A stretch of DNA of 64,000 bases from contig NIVC01001881.1 in NCBI GenBank assembly GCA_002269645.1, forward strand, positions 124,001 to 188,000. The letters run 5' to 3'. Numbering within the stretch: the stretch's first letter is position 1; every line of letters starts with the position of its first letter. Positions 13,772-25,009 of this stretch are shown in pieces. A program made the translations under genes and the position numbers. The stretch is from Macrostomum lignano. Taxonomy: Eukaryota. A model generated the notes under the pieces. The model was not told where the DNA came from. It searched no databases and saw only the letters and a program-made list of their open reading frames with translations.

Positions 13772-16700
13772 CACAGACAGTACCTTGCACTTGGCGCCTG
13801 AAGCCTGCGGAGTGGACTTGGCCTGGCGCCAGACATTGGGAAACAGGCGCTGATGCAGCAGCAGGTTGTTGGGGCTGAGAGTCTGCAGGAAGCCGCTGTA
13901 CGCCTCCCAGCTGTCTGGCGTGGGGAAAATCCGCAGCCAGCCGCCGCGCCGGTGGAATTCTTCCCGACACCGGCGAATCATTCGGACCTCCTCGGCGCTG
14001 AGCGGTGGGGCGGCACCGGCTGCGGAGGCAGCAGCAGGGCCCGATGACTGCTGCCGCTGGTGCAGCGGGCCCTGCTGCTGGTGCCAGCCGCCGAGGCGAG
14101 TGGCTGACAGGGACCGCAGGGAGCTGGCAGAGCCAGGGCGACTCATTTGAGCTTGCCGACTCCTGGCGACGGAATGGGAGAAGTTCGAATTAGGTTGTAA
14201 ATCAAAAGATCCCGAATGCCGATAAATAAATCACTTATCCTAACAGCACAAGTTGAATTTTATAGAAATCCCAAAAGGGCGAGTACTCGAATACTTAGTA
14301 AAATCCTAACAACTCGAATCATCTAGTGAAATCCCAAATTTTAACAGCTTGAATCCTATAGAAATCCCCAAATCCCAAAAAATAAATTTTCTAATGAAAT
14401 CTCAAATCCCATCAACTCTAATCTTCTAGTTCTAAATCCTAAATCCCAAATCCCAACAGCTTGAATCCTAAAGAAATCCAAAATCCCAACGACTCGAGTC
14501 TTCTAGTGACATCCCAAATCCCAAATCCCAACAGCTTGAATATTCTAGCGAAAGCCCAAATCCCAATAAACTCGAATTATCTAGTGAAATCCCAAATCCC
14601 AATAAATTCCAATTATCTAGTGAAATCCCAAATCCCAATAAACTCGAATTATCTACTGAAATCCCAAATCCCAAATAAACTCGAATCTTCTAGTGAAATC
14701 TCAAATCCCAATAAACTCGAATTATCTAGTGAAATCCCAAATCCCAAATAAACTCAAATCTTCTAGTGAAATCCCAAATCCCAAGTAAACTCGAATCTTC
14801 TAGTGAAATCCCAAATCCCAATAAACTCGAATATTCTAGTGAAATCCCAAATCCCAATAAATTCGAATCTTCTAGTGAAATCCCAAATCACAAATCTCAA
14901 CAGCTTGAATCCTAAATAACTCCCAAATCCCAAAGTACCGGTACCGGTGGAATGTTAAATAAATCCCCCTCCTCAAAAAAACGGCACAATTAGAAATCGA
15001 TAGAAATTCCCATAGAAGTTTCCCACCTGGCAGCGGACACCGGGCTGTCCCTGGAGCCGGAGCCGCTTCCCGCCGCGGTGGCTCTGCCAGAAGTGGTGTG
15101 CAGCTGCCGCAGCATTGGGTCGTGGCAGACGAACCCGACTAAAGACAGCAAATCACTGAGCATGTGACATTTGATCTTGAAATCCAATGGAGAATCGCAG
15201 GCCAACGACGGACTCAAGTTGACCTCAAGTAGCCAGGGGCGAAGTGTGTCGTCTATGATGATGTCGAAGCCGTATAGTTCGAAACAGTTGCCTTTGTGAG
15301 GCTGGAACATTTTGCAGGCAGACGCGATGGGCATCTCGACGCTGAGGATGGCCTTCACGATCACGTCTTCCAGGCGCATCATCAGGGCTGACGTGTCGTG
15401 GCCTTCGGACTTCAGGTACCTGAGTGCGCGAGTGTGGGGGAATCTCGGGGTGTGGGGGAATCTTGGGGTGTGGGGGAATCTTGGGTGTGGGGGAATCTCG
15501 GGGTGTGGGGGAATCTTGGGGTGTGGGGGAATTTTGGGGTGTGGGGGAATCTTGGGTGTGGGGGAATCTCGGGGTGTGGGGGAATCTTGGGGTGTGGGGG
15601 AATTTTGGGGTGTGGGGGAATCTTGGGGTTTGGGGGAATCTTGGAGTGTGGGGGAATCTTGGGGTGTGGGGGAATTTTGGGGTGTGGGGGAATCTTGGGG
15701 TTTGGGGGAATCTTGGAGTGTGGGGGAATCTTGGGATGTGGGGGAATCTTGGAGTATGGGGGAATCTTGGGGTGTAGGAGAATCTTGTGGTGTGAAGGAA
15801 TCTCGGGGTGTGGGGGAATCTTGGGTGATTGGGGGAATCCCATGGTGATTGGGGGAATCCCATGGCGATTGGGGGAATCCCATGGTGATTGTGGGGAATC
15901 CCATGGTGATTGTGGGGAATGTCAGGGGAATCCTGGAGTGATTTGGGGAATCTCTGGGTGATTAGAAAGCTACATTTCTGTTTGCATTAAGTGATCAGGA
16001 AATTACGATTAAGATTTTTAGTGAGATAATTTAGACGCAATATTGCTCACCGTAGCAACGCTCCTAGCGACCACTTGTTGCCGTAGTCTTCAACATCTGC
16101 ATCGTCATTTTGCACATACTCTTGATTCTTCTTATTAACGCTATAGTTGGTGAGGTGCATGCACTGGTTGCGGCTGTACCTCAGTGCCGCTTGGTATTTC
16201 ACGGTGGCAAACCTGGCCAGGCCCTCCTCGTACATGTAGATCACCAGCGGGTCATACGAGGTCACGGCTACGTAGATTCGCAGATCAAATTTGAAGCCGT
16301 CAACTACGAGGGGATTGGCAACGTATTTGCAGACCACCAGCTGATCGTCCAGCGGGATCTGGTCTGGGTGAGTAGCAATGAAAATCCCCCTGCCTCTACT
16401 AGAAGCAATTGGCTTCACAATAAACGGTCCCTTGTCTTTCAGATAGTAGGTGCAAAATTCTTGAAATTCAGCGGGAAATATGAATGTCGGCGGGACAAAG
16501 TCGAAATGTTTGACACCTTTGAGTTGTTGAAGGCGTTGTACATTTTTGTAGAGCCGATCTTTTCGAGTGAGCTCGTAGGACCTAGGGAAATGGTTGACCT
16601 TCTGGAATTCGCTCAAACTGCGCAGAACGTAGGGCTTGAGGTGGCTGCCAGTCCACATCAGGTTGAAATCTGAGCTGTTTGGGTGAGTCTCGTGGAAGCC

Positions 16701-17003
16701 ATGTGACACCAGGATTGTCTTGAGCAGCTTGCAGTCGGTCTTGATAATTTTGAAGGCCATGTGATATTTTTCACCAACACTGCGAAACTGAGGATCTCGG
16801 CGTTCCACGGCGTGAGGGGAAAATATGAATATTGGGAACTTTTTGTTTGGCCCGCACCATACTATGCAGGGCGTGTCGGCATCTTTCACGATTATAGGCT
16901 CTTCTGTGGTCTCTGTTGCATCGTCCGCCTCTTCCTCGGCTTCGTCATCTTGGACTAGCTCGCTCAGGTCCTCTGAAGACTCATCAGCACCAGCTGCAGA
17001 CAT
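8541..17003 (-). CDS. TTLL5: Tubulin polyglutamylase TTLL5 homolog, 7 exons, about 1094 aa
   Basis: Exons 17003-16051, 15419-15027, 14162-13784, 13532-13038, 11212-10936, 10252-9848 and 8923-8541 are all GT-AG and phase-consistent (3285 nt). TTL domain motifs: [65 protein letters not shown]5-type C-terminal motifs: [12 protein letters not shown] and [13 protein letters not shown]. Confidence 0.93.
8945..9805. repeat. About 14-bp minisatellite (GAGAGTGAATCATA)n filling TTLL5 intron 6
   Basis: Tandem copies with internal higher-order duplication. Confidence 0.92.
10350..10855. repeat. 28-32-bp minisatellite (CTCTGTGATTCACTCTCGATATCATTCA)n filling TTLL5 intron 5
   Basis: Tandem copies read directly from the sequence. 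Confidence 0.92.
11300..12016. repeat. (CTAA/CTGA)n microsatellite in TTLL5 intron 4
   Basis: About 700 bp of TAAC/TGAC tetranucleotides, resuming briefly at 13004-13019. Confidence 0.97.
12017..13003. mobile_element. Candidate solo LTR inserted in the (CTAA)n microsatellite
   Basis: A 987-bp unique, GC-balanced block begins TGTAG and ends TTCA, with a TATA-like CTATAAATA near 12530. It is flanked by microsatellite on both sides. The 4-bp flanks are AAAC and TAAC (one mismatch). Confidence 0.45.
13590..13780. repeat. (CAGA)n microsatellite in TTLL5 intron 3
   Basis: Direct reading; source of the SVCL-repeat ORFs. Confidence 0.97.
14260..14935. repeat. About 36-bp minisatellite (ATCCCAAATCCCAATAAACTCGAATTATCTAGTGAA)n in TTLL5 intron 2
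   Basis: Tandem, moderately diverged copies. Confidence 0.88.
15432..15960. repeat. 17-18-bp G-rich minisatellite (GTGTGGGGGAATCTTGGG)n in TTLL5 intron 1
   Basis: Tandem copies ending about 12 nt from the exon 2 acceptor. Confidence 0.93.
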
Positions 17004-18542
17004 TCGAGCCAAGTGGTCCTGGATTTATAGATGACACTAAGCAAGTACTAGCAAAGCTTGCATAAGAGAGAAATTTTGTTAAACAAATTGATTGAAAAAA
17101 TATTGACATCATATTACGAGTATTGTGACAAATTTACCTGTCTGTAAGATTTTAAGAAACTATAAAAATATTATTAGGAACAATATATATATATTAAAAA
17201 GTTATTTCTTAACATTAACACTGGACTAGAAATAGAAACAATACTCTAGCTTAGAATGACCTATCAGTAAAAAAATTATTTGGGCCTAACAAAAAGCACA
17301 GCTACATAAAAAATTATTTAATTTCAACTTTTTTATATACTATGCAACTCAAAGATCAAAAAGTATTTATTTACAAATAAAATGTAGCTAGCAAGTGCTA
17401 AAAAAACAGAAATTGAGAAATATCATGTTATATAATATATGCTTTCTTGTTTTTTATGTCTGCTTTTGTGTGTTCTTTAACAAAAAAGATCCTCCTTGTT
17501 TTATCGTTGCTTGTTTAAGTTAGTTAAGTTCCTCACTATAAACGTAAGTTTTAGCCATTTGCCATTTACATACGAATAATGAATGCAGATAATAATAGCA
17601 TGATATCCACCTATACTAAAAATGGTTTATCGGTGTCTATAATCTATCTAAGTAGTATGACACTCAAAATATAAAATCTCAAAAATACTGACATAAGATT
17701 TGACCTAGCGATCAGAAAAGGAAACAAAAATACAACTATTTACAATTGATCGTTGAAGTTAGGCGATTTGAGCTCAATACAGCTAACAATTTTGAGTTAA
17801 GTACAGATGCTGATGGGAATGATGATACAGTACAAGTTGAGAGAAAATGTGGCATATTTTACTGGACTGAAAATTTGGTAATGCCATCTGTCTGTCAGTT
17901 ATAATTATGCCCTGAAGTTTAGTCAGTAAAAAACAAAGTTTTTTGTTACGGTTGAATAGTTAAATGACAAAAAGTGTCCCAAAAAATTATGCGTGACTAT
18001 AAAATGTGTTAAGTTACAGTAGATGCTTATTTAACTTTAAAAAAGCGTTTTTTTCTAGAAAACAGACATTAAGTGCATTGCACTTGCGCAGTACGTAACG
18101 TAGGTTTAGCGGAATAAAAAATATAAAATAAAGTTACCTTTTGTTTTGAGTTCTGCCATTTATTTAAAACCTATTGAATTTTGCTAGTATAGACTCGTGA
18201 AAATAGAAGTTTCTAGCTAGGTAGGTCAGGTGTATAGATAGTAATATAGGCCTAGTCAAGTCAGGCAGTCAACAAGGATAGAAGTTTTAATTAATCTTAA
18301 TTAGTGCTCGGACCAAATTTTTTCTACAAATTTCTTGATTGTTTATTTAATCAATTAGAATTTGAAAGATTTCTTGTAATTTCACAAATATATTTTAGAT
18401 TAGACATAGGCCCCCCTAGCATTTTAATTTTTTCTAATAGCTCAAACCCCCTGTCCTATCTTTAGCTTGTCAAGTACTAATTAAACAATTCACACTTGGC
18501 TAGAAATCATAGTTGTGCAGACAGTGTTAAATTACCTTTAAT

Positions 18543-21500
18543 ATGGCCCCAGATAATAATAATTCTACTACTGCCACTCTTCATCTGCCATGTGATGATA
18601 TTATTCAATTCAAGGTAAGAGCTTGACTGAGACTAAGCCATAGGCCGAGGCCTAGAATCTAGAATCTAGTATACTATACTGATACTGTATAACTAGGCCT
18701 ATATATATAGACTATATCTATAGTATCTGTATTTGTAGCTAAAAGTTAGTAAATTCTATTGTATTGACTTATTAGGTTGTAAAAGCTATATAGTATTTAT
18801 ACTATAGACCTGTTAACACTAAAGTTAAAATTAGGCCAATATTTACTAGTTTTAAATATAATGCCAACGGATGATTAAGTCCTAGATACTAGAGATTAAG
18901 GATTTAAGGAATAAAGAAATATGTTTATTGTGTCCTAGGTCTAGTATTGCTTTTATCAGTCTAACTGAGAATAAAGCCATCCAAAGTGAGAATCCTACCT
19001 ACGCTGACTGCGAAAAGCCTGGCTGCATGCAGCCTTAGTATATGGGCCATAGACAATAAAAGACAAACAAAGTGATAAAAAGCCATCCAATGTGAGAATT
19101 GATTGGTCTATGTATCGTATTCTTTTATTTTTATACCTTCTGAGCTTCTGAGCCATATGACTAGCCAATCCTAGCTTATCCTTTATAGTCTATGGCTCAT
19201 AGACTAGGCTGGATGCAGCTAGGCCCTTTGTATTCAGCGTAGGCAGGATTCTCATATTAGATAGCTTTTTATCACTTTGCTTGTCCTTTATTGTCTATGG
19301 CCCTGGCCCATAGACTAAGGCTGCACGCAGCCAGGCCCTTCACAGTCAGTGTAGGCAGGATTCTCACTTTGGATGGCTTTATTCTCAGTTAGGCTGACAA
19401 AACCAATAGTAATATAATTAAATAGATAAAGGCTAAAATTAAAATGAATAGGGTATTTAACTTTTAATATGATAGAGCTCCTAAGTCTCTAAGCCATGGA
19501 GTAAAGCAAAAATGTTATACTATTTTCACATTGTGTAGTTTAGATAATAGGAGCTAAGGCCAAGGGTAAGATAAATATAATCCTAACCATATTTTATATC
19601 TTAGCTATTTTTTATTGCTATCATTTAGTCCTTTATTATTATTATAGATTATCATAGGCCTAATAAATGATAAAAGAACTATTGTTATTGCTATTTGGTT
19701 TGGTATCATTTAAAGTTATGGTAAATTATAGGAATTAGTAAAGACAGATCTTAGAGATTTAGTATAGGTGGATTATACTATTTAGACAAATATTTAATTC
19801 TTAATATTTAATTTTAATTAAAGAAAGAACAAATTTTATTGAATCTAGAATATAAAAAATAACAAAATACAATTAAAGTATAAATACTTCAAAGGAATAC
19901 CAGTCCTTTAGTCAATAGCTTTAAGTATAAGTGTAGATCAGTTATATCAATTACAGTAAAAGGCAGTTGCAGTACCATATAATCTGACTATATTGTTTTT
20001 GTTTATTAATGATATTGATATCTTATACCTATCTCTACATATAAAAATCAAAACTCTATATGTGTGTCTGTCTGTGGACAATTTTGATTGCTATGGACTC
20101 CTAAACTGCCTAACCAAATGACACCAAATTTTGCACCCACCTTAAACTTACTATGGAGAATGTCTTAGGCTACCTTAAAATTTCCTAGACTCAAGTCTTC
20201 CTACCTAAAAGTACAAAAAAACTGCTCAAAATGTGCAATTTTTTTCACTAAATCCTCCATAGCACTGCTCCACTTCTACCGATTCTTTTCAAATTTGACA
20301 CAAACAATCTTCAATTATTTTGGCACAATTGTGTAAAATTTCGAGTCTTAAAGTTGATCCTGAACGGCGCTGTGCACTTTTAAAATTAGGCTGTTTTTTC
20401 ATTGAGGCAGCCACCCAACCTCATCCCGCCTGCCTCTCTTTCCCGATCCTGATCTGGGCCAAGATGTGTAAAAGGGTTTCAAAATTGACTAACTTTCAGC
20501 TACCATAAGTTTGCTCCACGTGAAGCGATTGACTTTAAACTTGACACAATTCTTCATTGACTCATTCTCTATCTAAATATAAAGTTTCAACTCTGTAACT
20601 CAACCAAAAAAGAAAGTGTAAGCATGTGAAGTTTGTCTGCTTTTTCTGTTGTTTGTGCCACTCACTCACTCATTCCTAGAGAGCCAGACAAAGGGTCAGG
20701 CAATAGGGCTGAATGTACATGGCAATGTACAGTGTTTTGGAATAGCTTTGTTTGTGGCTTTCTCTGCACCCCTATGGAGAGGCTACGTTTAGCCATCCAT
20801 AACAGCACTGTCCTCTATATAGGCAAACTCTGCAGCAGTTTAACAGTGGATGGCAATTGGCAAATCAAGGTAATCTAGCATGGTTTGTAAAAGCAAAATA
20901 TTTATGAAAAGGCAATGCAATGCGATTCAACCCTACTAAATTAGTCACACGACTCACACCATGAAAATTGTAAGTTCTCTTAAAGGTACTTTTAAATTTA
21001 AATGGCCTCCTAAGAAATGCATATTTCCTTGGTTGTTAGACTGTTGCAGACTGCAGTGGAGCTGAAGATACAAAAATTCCTTTCAGGACTGCAAATTGGG
21101 AAGAAAGATGACATGATCAAAGCATGAGAACAACAATGAGAGTAGTATGTCCCAGAAACTGGCTTTCAAAGCAGGGATCGGCAGACTTTTACTTCAAAAG
21201 CCAGATAAAGAATACAGCTTATGTGCGGGCTAGATGAGAGTGGAAAGGAGAAGGAATAAACTATTCGAAAAGAGGAGAGGCAAGAGGGGGGTAAGAAAAA
21301 ACATAGAAGATAAGAGAGACAAGTGGTGAGGAGAGAGCAGAGAAGAAGGGAGGAAGAAGCAAGAGGAGGGGAGAAAAAAGGGAGAGGAAAGAGTAAAGGT
21401 GAGAAGAGGGGAGATATGAGAGAGTAGAGAAGAGAGTTAAGAGATGAGAGAAAAGAATAGAGAGGAGAAGGAAGAGACAAGAGAAGAGAGGGAGAGAGGA

Positions 21501-24319
21501 GAGAGGAGAGGAGAGAGAAAAGAAGAGATAAAAGATATGAAAGAGAAGAAAGATGAGGGAAAATACGAAAGAAGATGGGAGAGAGGAGAGAGGAGAGGAG
21601 AGAGAAAACAAAAAGTAGAAAGGAGAGAGGAGAGGAGAGAAAAAAGAATAGGGAAGAGATGAGATAAGAGAGATGAAAGAGAAGAGAGATGAGGGAAGAT
21701 ACGAGAGAAGAGAGGAGAGAGGAGAGATGAAGGACAAGAGAGAAGAAAGGAAACAGAAGAGATGATAGAAATTTTAAAGGATCCAAGGGACATAAGGAGA
21801 GTCAGGGAGAGGCCAGAGTTGCCAATACATGTTTTAGAGTCAGACAGACATTGCCTGGCATTCTGCAGAGTATCCTAGCCAACAATATCAATGTTTGCTT
21901 CAAACCCTAATTTTACACGAATGTGCTCCATTTTATGTCTATCTCTATCCTACTAACTATTAATTTTTGTGTATAGCCTTAGATTTCAGAATACATGCAA
22001 AAATAGTTCCGGGGATTAGAATTCCCTGGGTTCAAAATCCGCGGGTTTCAACAGCTTGTTTGTATATAAGTTATTAAAAGTGGTTTTAAATGTGTTTCAA
22101 TATCACTAATTATTGCCAATGTTATATAGTTTTACAAGATAATTCCAAGCTTATGTACTACATGTGTTTAGTTGGATTATATCTAAATCATATATATTAA
22201 TAAACAAAGAGAAGCCCAATGTACTGAGCAATAAAAAGGGACATTGTATAGTATGATTAATAGTATTTTAGATAGTAGCATACAAACAATTATTGGCTTC
22301 CTAAGCTGCCTACTATATACTAAGGTATAAATATAGCAAATGACTATTTAAGACTTTGTGATATTAATTAATAATATATTATAGATACAATCTTATACTA
22401 GAATTAAGAAATAAAAAGGCAATTTTCATTTTTATCTTTAGCTTTTATATCAAAATTAACTTTTTCTAGCCCTTTGGAACTTACAATAGAAGGAGACCTA
22501 TATTAATGATTAGTTAATTTTCAAAAACAATTTTAATCTAAACTTATTATGTTCATTTTCACAGTGAGTTAATAAAATTGTCAATTGTGTTTACAAATTG
22601 AAATAATAAACCTGTTTATTCTTTATAGTGAACAATCAATAGCAATAAATTTGTGGGTCAACACAATAGTTTTGCTAAGATATAGCTTTTGTAAGCACTT
22701 AATTATGAAAAATATTAATTGTTATTTGTTTGTTACTGTTGGTTCATTACTGATATAACATAAAGATCAAGTTGTTAAAGAAAATCTTAAATAATAAATG
22801 TAGAGAATTAGGGGAAAATCACAGGTATTTTGGGGAAGAAAATCACTGATAATTATAAGAAGGCAATCACTGGTAATTAGGGGAAGAAAATCACTGAAAA
22901 TATTTAATAACAAACTTATAATGTCTATAATAATTTTATTATACAGTATGATTAAAAAACATTTATATATCACTCCTTAGACATAGGCATGAAAATTCTA
23001 GCATATATGGCATAACATAGACTATGGTAAATGTAATAGCAAATCTGACAAATGTAGATTTTATTCTTAGTCTTAACAGGGCCCCTGTTTAATAAATTTG
23101 TTGCAAATCAAGTTGGGCAAAAATGAAGCTTTTCTTTTCATTATTTTACAAATATAGTTAAAAATTAAAACTGATCTATAGACAAGAATTGAATTTGTAA
23201 GTACAAAGTTTATGCAAATTTTTTTGTTATATTATTTGTGAGTTATGCATTTTCAATCGCAACTAAAATTCACCTAGAAGCAGCTCGAGTCTGCTCGGAA
23301 GGTTGACGATCGGATTCAAAATGAGCTAAATAGTCGCCTGCCGGCTTCCGCTTATTTTCGTTCCAAAGTTGATCCCCGCCGCGTCTGTCAGGAGCTGTTT
23401 GAATCGCTGCGGTGCGCCCACTCCAGCCGGGATTCGGCAATTAAACGGTGCATCAACCTCACGGAGCAGGAGGTGCGATCTATGCTGGGCGAGGCTGGTC
23501 AGGACAAAGCTAAGGGCGGTGCTGCGACTGGGACTGCCTCTGGCGCTATTGGCAAATCGCAGTCAAGGTCAGGCTTAAATCAAGGGGATTGTTGCTTATC
23601 AAGTTAAGTAATGAACACAACCCTCGCAAATCCTGAATCTTACTTAACTGAGCCACTTCTACATTCCCAAGATCCTTATTCGATGGGCCATATTCCAGAT
23701 CCTCAGTTGCTGGGCCAGCCTCCCAGATCCTCAGCTTCTGAGCCACAGCCTCCCAGAGTGTCAGTTGATAGGCCAGCCTCCCAGAGTGTCAGTTGATAGG
23801 CCAGCCTCCCAGAGTGTCACTTGATAGGCCAGCCTCCCAGAGTGTCAGTTGATAGGCCAGCCTCCCAGAGTGTCAGTTGTTAGGCCAGCCTCCAGATCCT
23901 CAGTTGCTGGGCCAGCCTCCCAGATCCTCAGTTGCTGGGCCAGCCTCCCAAATCCTCACTTGTTGGGCCAGCCTCCCAGATCCCCAGTTGCTGGGCCAGC
24001 CTCCCAGATCCTCAGTTGCTGGGCCAGCCTCCCAGATCCTCAGTTGCTGGGCCAGCCTCCCAAATCCTCACTTGTTGGGCCAGCCTCCCAGATCCTCAGT
24101 TGCTAGGCCAGCCTCTCAGATCCGTCACCCACAACACGTCACCATCCAAAACTCATTCCCAACTACCCAATGAAAATATGTCACTGCAGGCTGCGCCAGC
24201 TCCGCAACGACCTATACGAAGAGGAGATAATCCAGCGCAACACTTACAAGTTTCTATACGAACGATGTCGCGATATCTACGTGCCAACTGACCTGCCAAC
24301 TGACCTGAAATTCTCGTAG
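18543..24319 (+). CDS. CCDC58: MIX23/CCDC58 mitochondrial intermembrane-space protein homolog, 3 exons, 163 aa
   Basis: Exons 18543-18614, 23278-23567 and 24190-24319 are GT-AG and phase-consistent. The product MAPD...PCDDIIQFK/KQLESARKVDDRIQNELNSRLP...CQELFESLRCAHSSRDSAIKRCI.../RLRQLRNDLYEEEIIQRNTYKFLYERCR follows the CCDC58 pattern (C..F..F, DDRI..ELN, AH.SRD..IK.CI, F.ERCR). It is absent from the ORF track. Confidence 0.9.
18944..19410. mobile_element. Foldback/MITE-like element with long terminal inverted repeats in CCDC58 intron 1
   Basis: 18944-19090 is the reverse complement of about 19260-19410 (CTAACTGAGAATAAAAGCCATCCAAAGTGAGAATCC vs GGATTCTCACTTTGGATGGCTTTATTCTCAGTTAG), with an extra partial internal copy. 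Confidence 0.7.
20032..20878 (+). mobile_element. Possible non-autonomous Helitron-like element
   Basis: The 5' end TCTCTACATATAAAAATC...GTGTGTCTGTCTGT resembles Helitron-type termini and the 3' end is CTAG. A subterminal hairpin is not convincing. Confidence 0.35.
21172..21831. mobile_element. hAT-type MITE with AG-rich interior (copy 2)
   Basis: Ends CAGGGATCGGCAGAC ... GAGTTGCCAATACATG. The 8-bp flanks TTTCAAAG and TTTTAGAG (6/8 identical) are compatible with an old TSD. Confidence 0.55.
23695..24122. repeat. 28-bp minisatellite (CTCCCAGATCCTCAGTTGCTGGGCCAGC)n in CCDC58 intron 2
   Basis: Direct tandem copies. Confidence 0.93.
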
Positions 24320-25009
24320 TGTTTAACTGATCGACTGGCAATCGCTTCTCGCCTACATTATTATAAAACGGCCTTTGTCTCAAAGGAAATAATTTTGCTA
24401 ATTCAACCCGATGAAAATTGTTTTCATCTCGTGCATGTGCTCTTATAGACTACTGTTAGTAACATTGTGTGTAGGTAGCAAGTTTTCTAATATACAAATA
24501 ATTTTGTTTCTTAGACGTTTCTAAACTCCCTTAAATATCATATGTTTATTTTAGTTCCGTAATGTTCCACATAAAAATTATGTGTAGATCATGCATCATA
24601 ATATAATGAAAAATCTTTCGGGGTCACATTATGCGACCAAACTTTATTGAACTTAAAAGTAGAATTTTTATTACTTATTGAAATTTATTTCTCGTTTTTC
24701 AGCTAGCTTAGGGTTTTTGTCACTATACTAATTTTAAGTAGTATTGTAGGTTAGTTTTTCTGTGAAAGAACCGGACTAATTCGGCATTTTACTCGTAGGT
24801 ACAACCCATGATATAACAAGCATAATCGTTTAGACTACTTAGCTAATAAGTAGTTTGAACGAATATTATTTTCTAGAAAGTTAATAAACTACTACTAAGT
24901 AGTATCTGTTTAAAATATAAATTAATTATCCCTCTTAGTAGTTGGATTTGTACTTTTGTAGCTGTAGTTACAGTATAGAGATAAATTTTTAATGCTGTAA
25001 AATTTTTGC

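Noticed and set aside
13216-13970. SVCL-repeat ORFs here and at 36537-37177
   Set aside because: These are translations of (CAGA)n microsatellites inside phase-consistent introns.
15225-15961. Pro/Gly-rich repetitive ORFs
   Set aside because: They derive from the TTLL5 intron 1 minisatellite; only 15027-15419 is exonic.
23278-23567. GC-rich island first considered a structured ncRNA
   Set aside because: It translates cleanly as CCDC58 exon 2 with matching splice phases.
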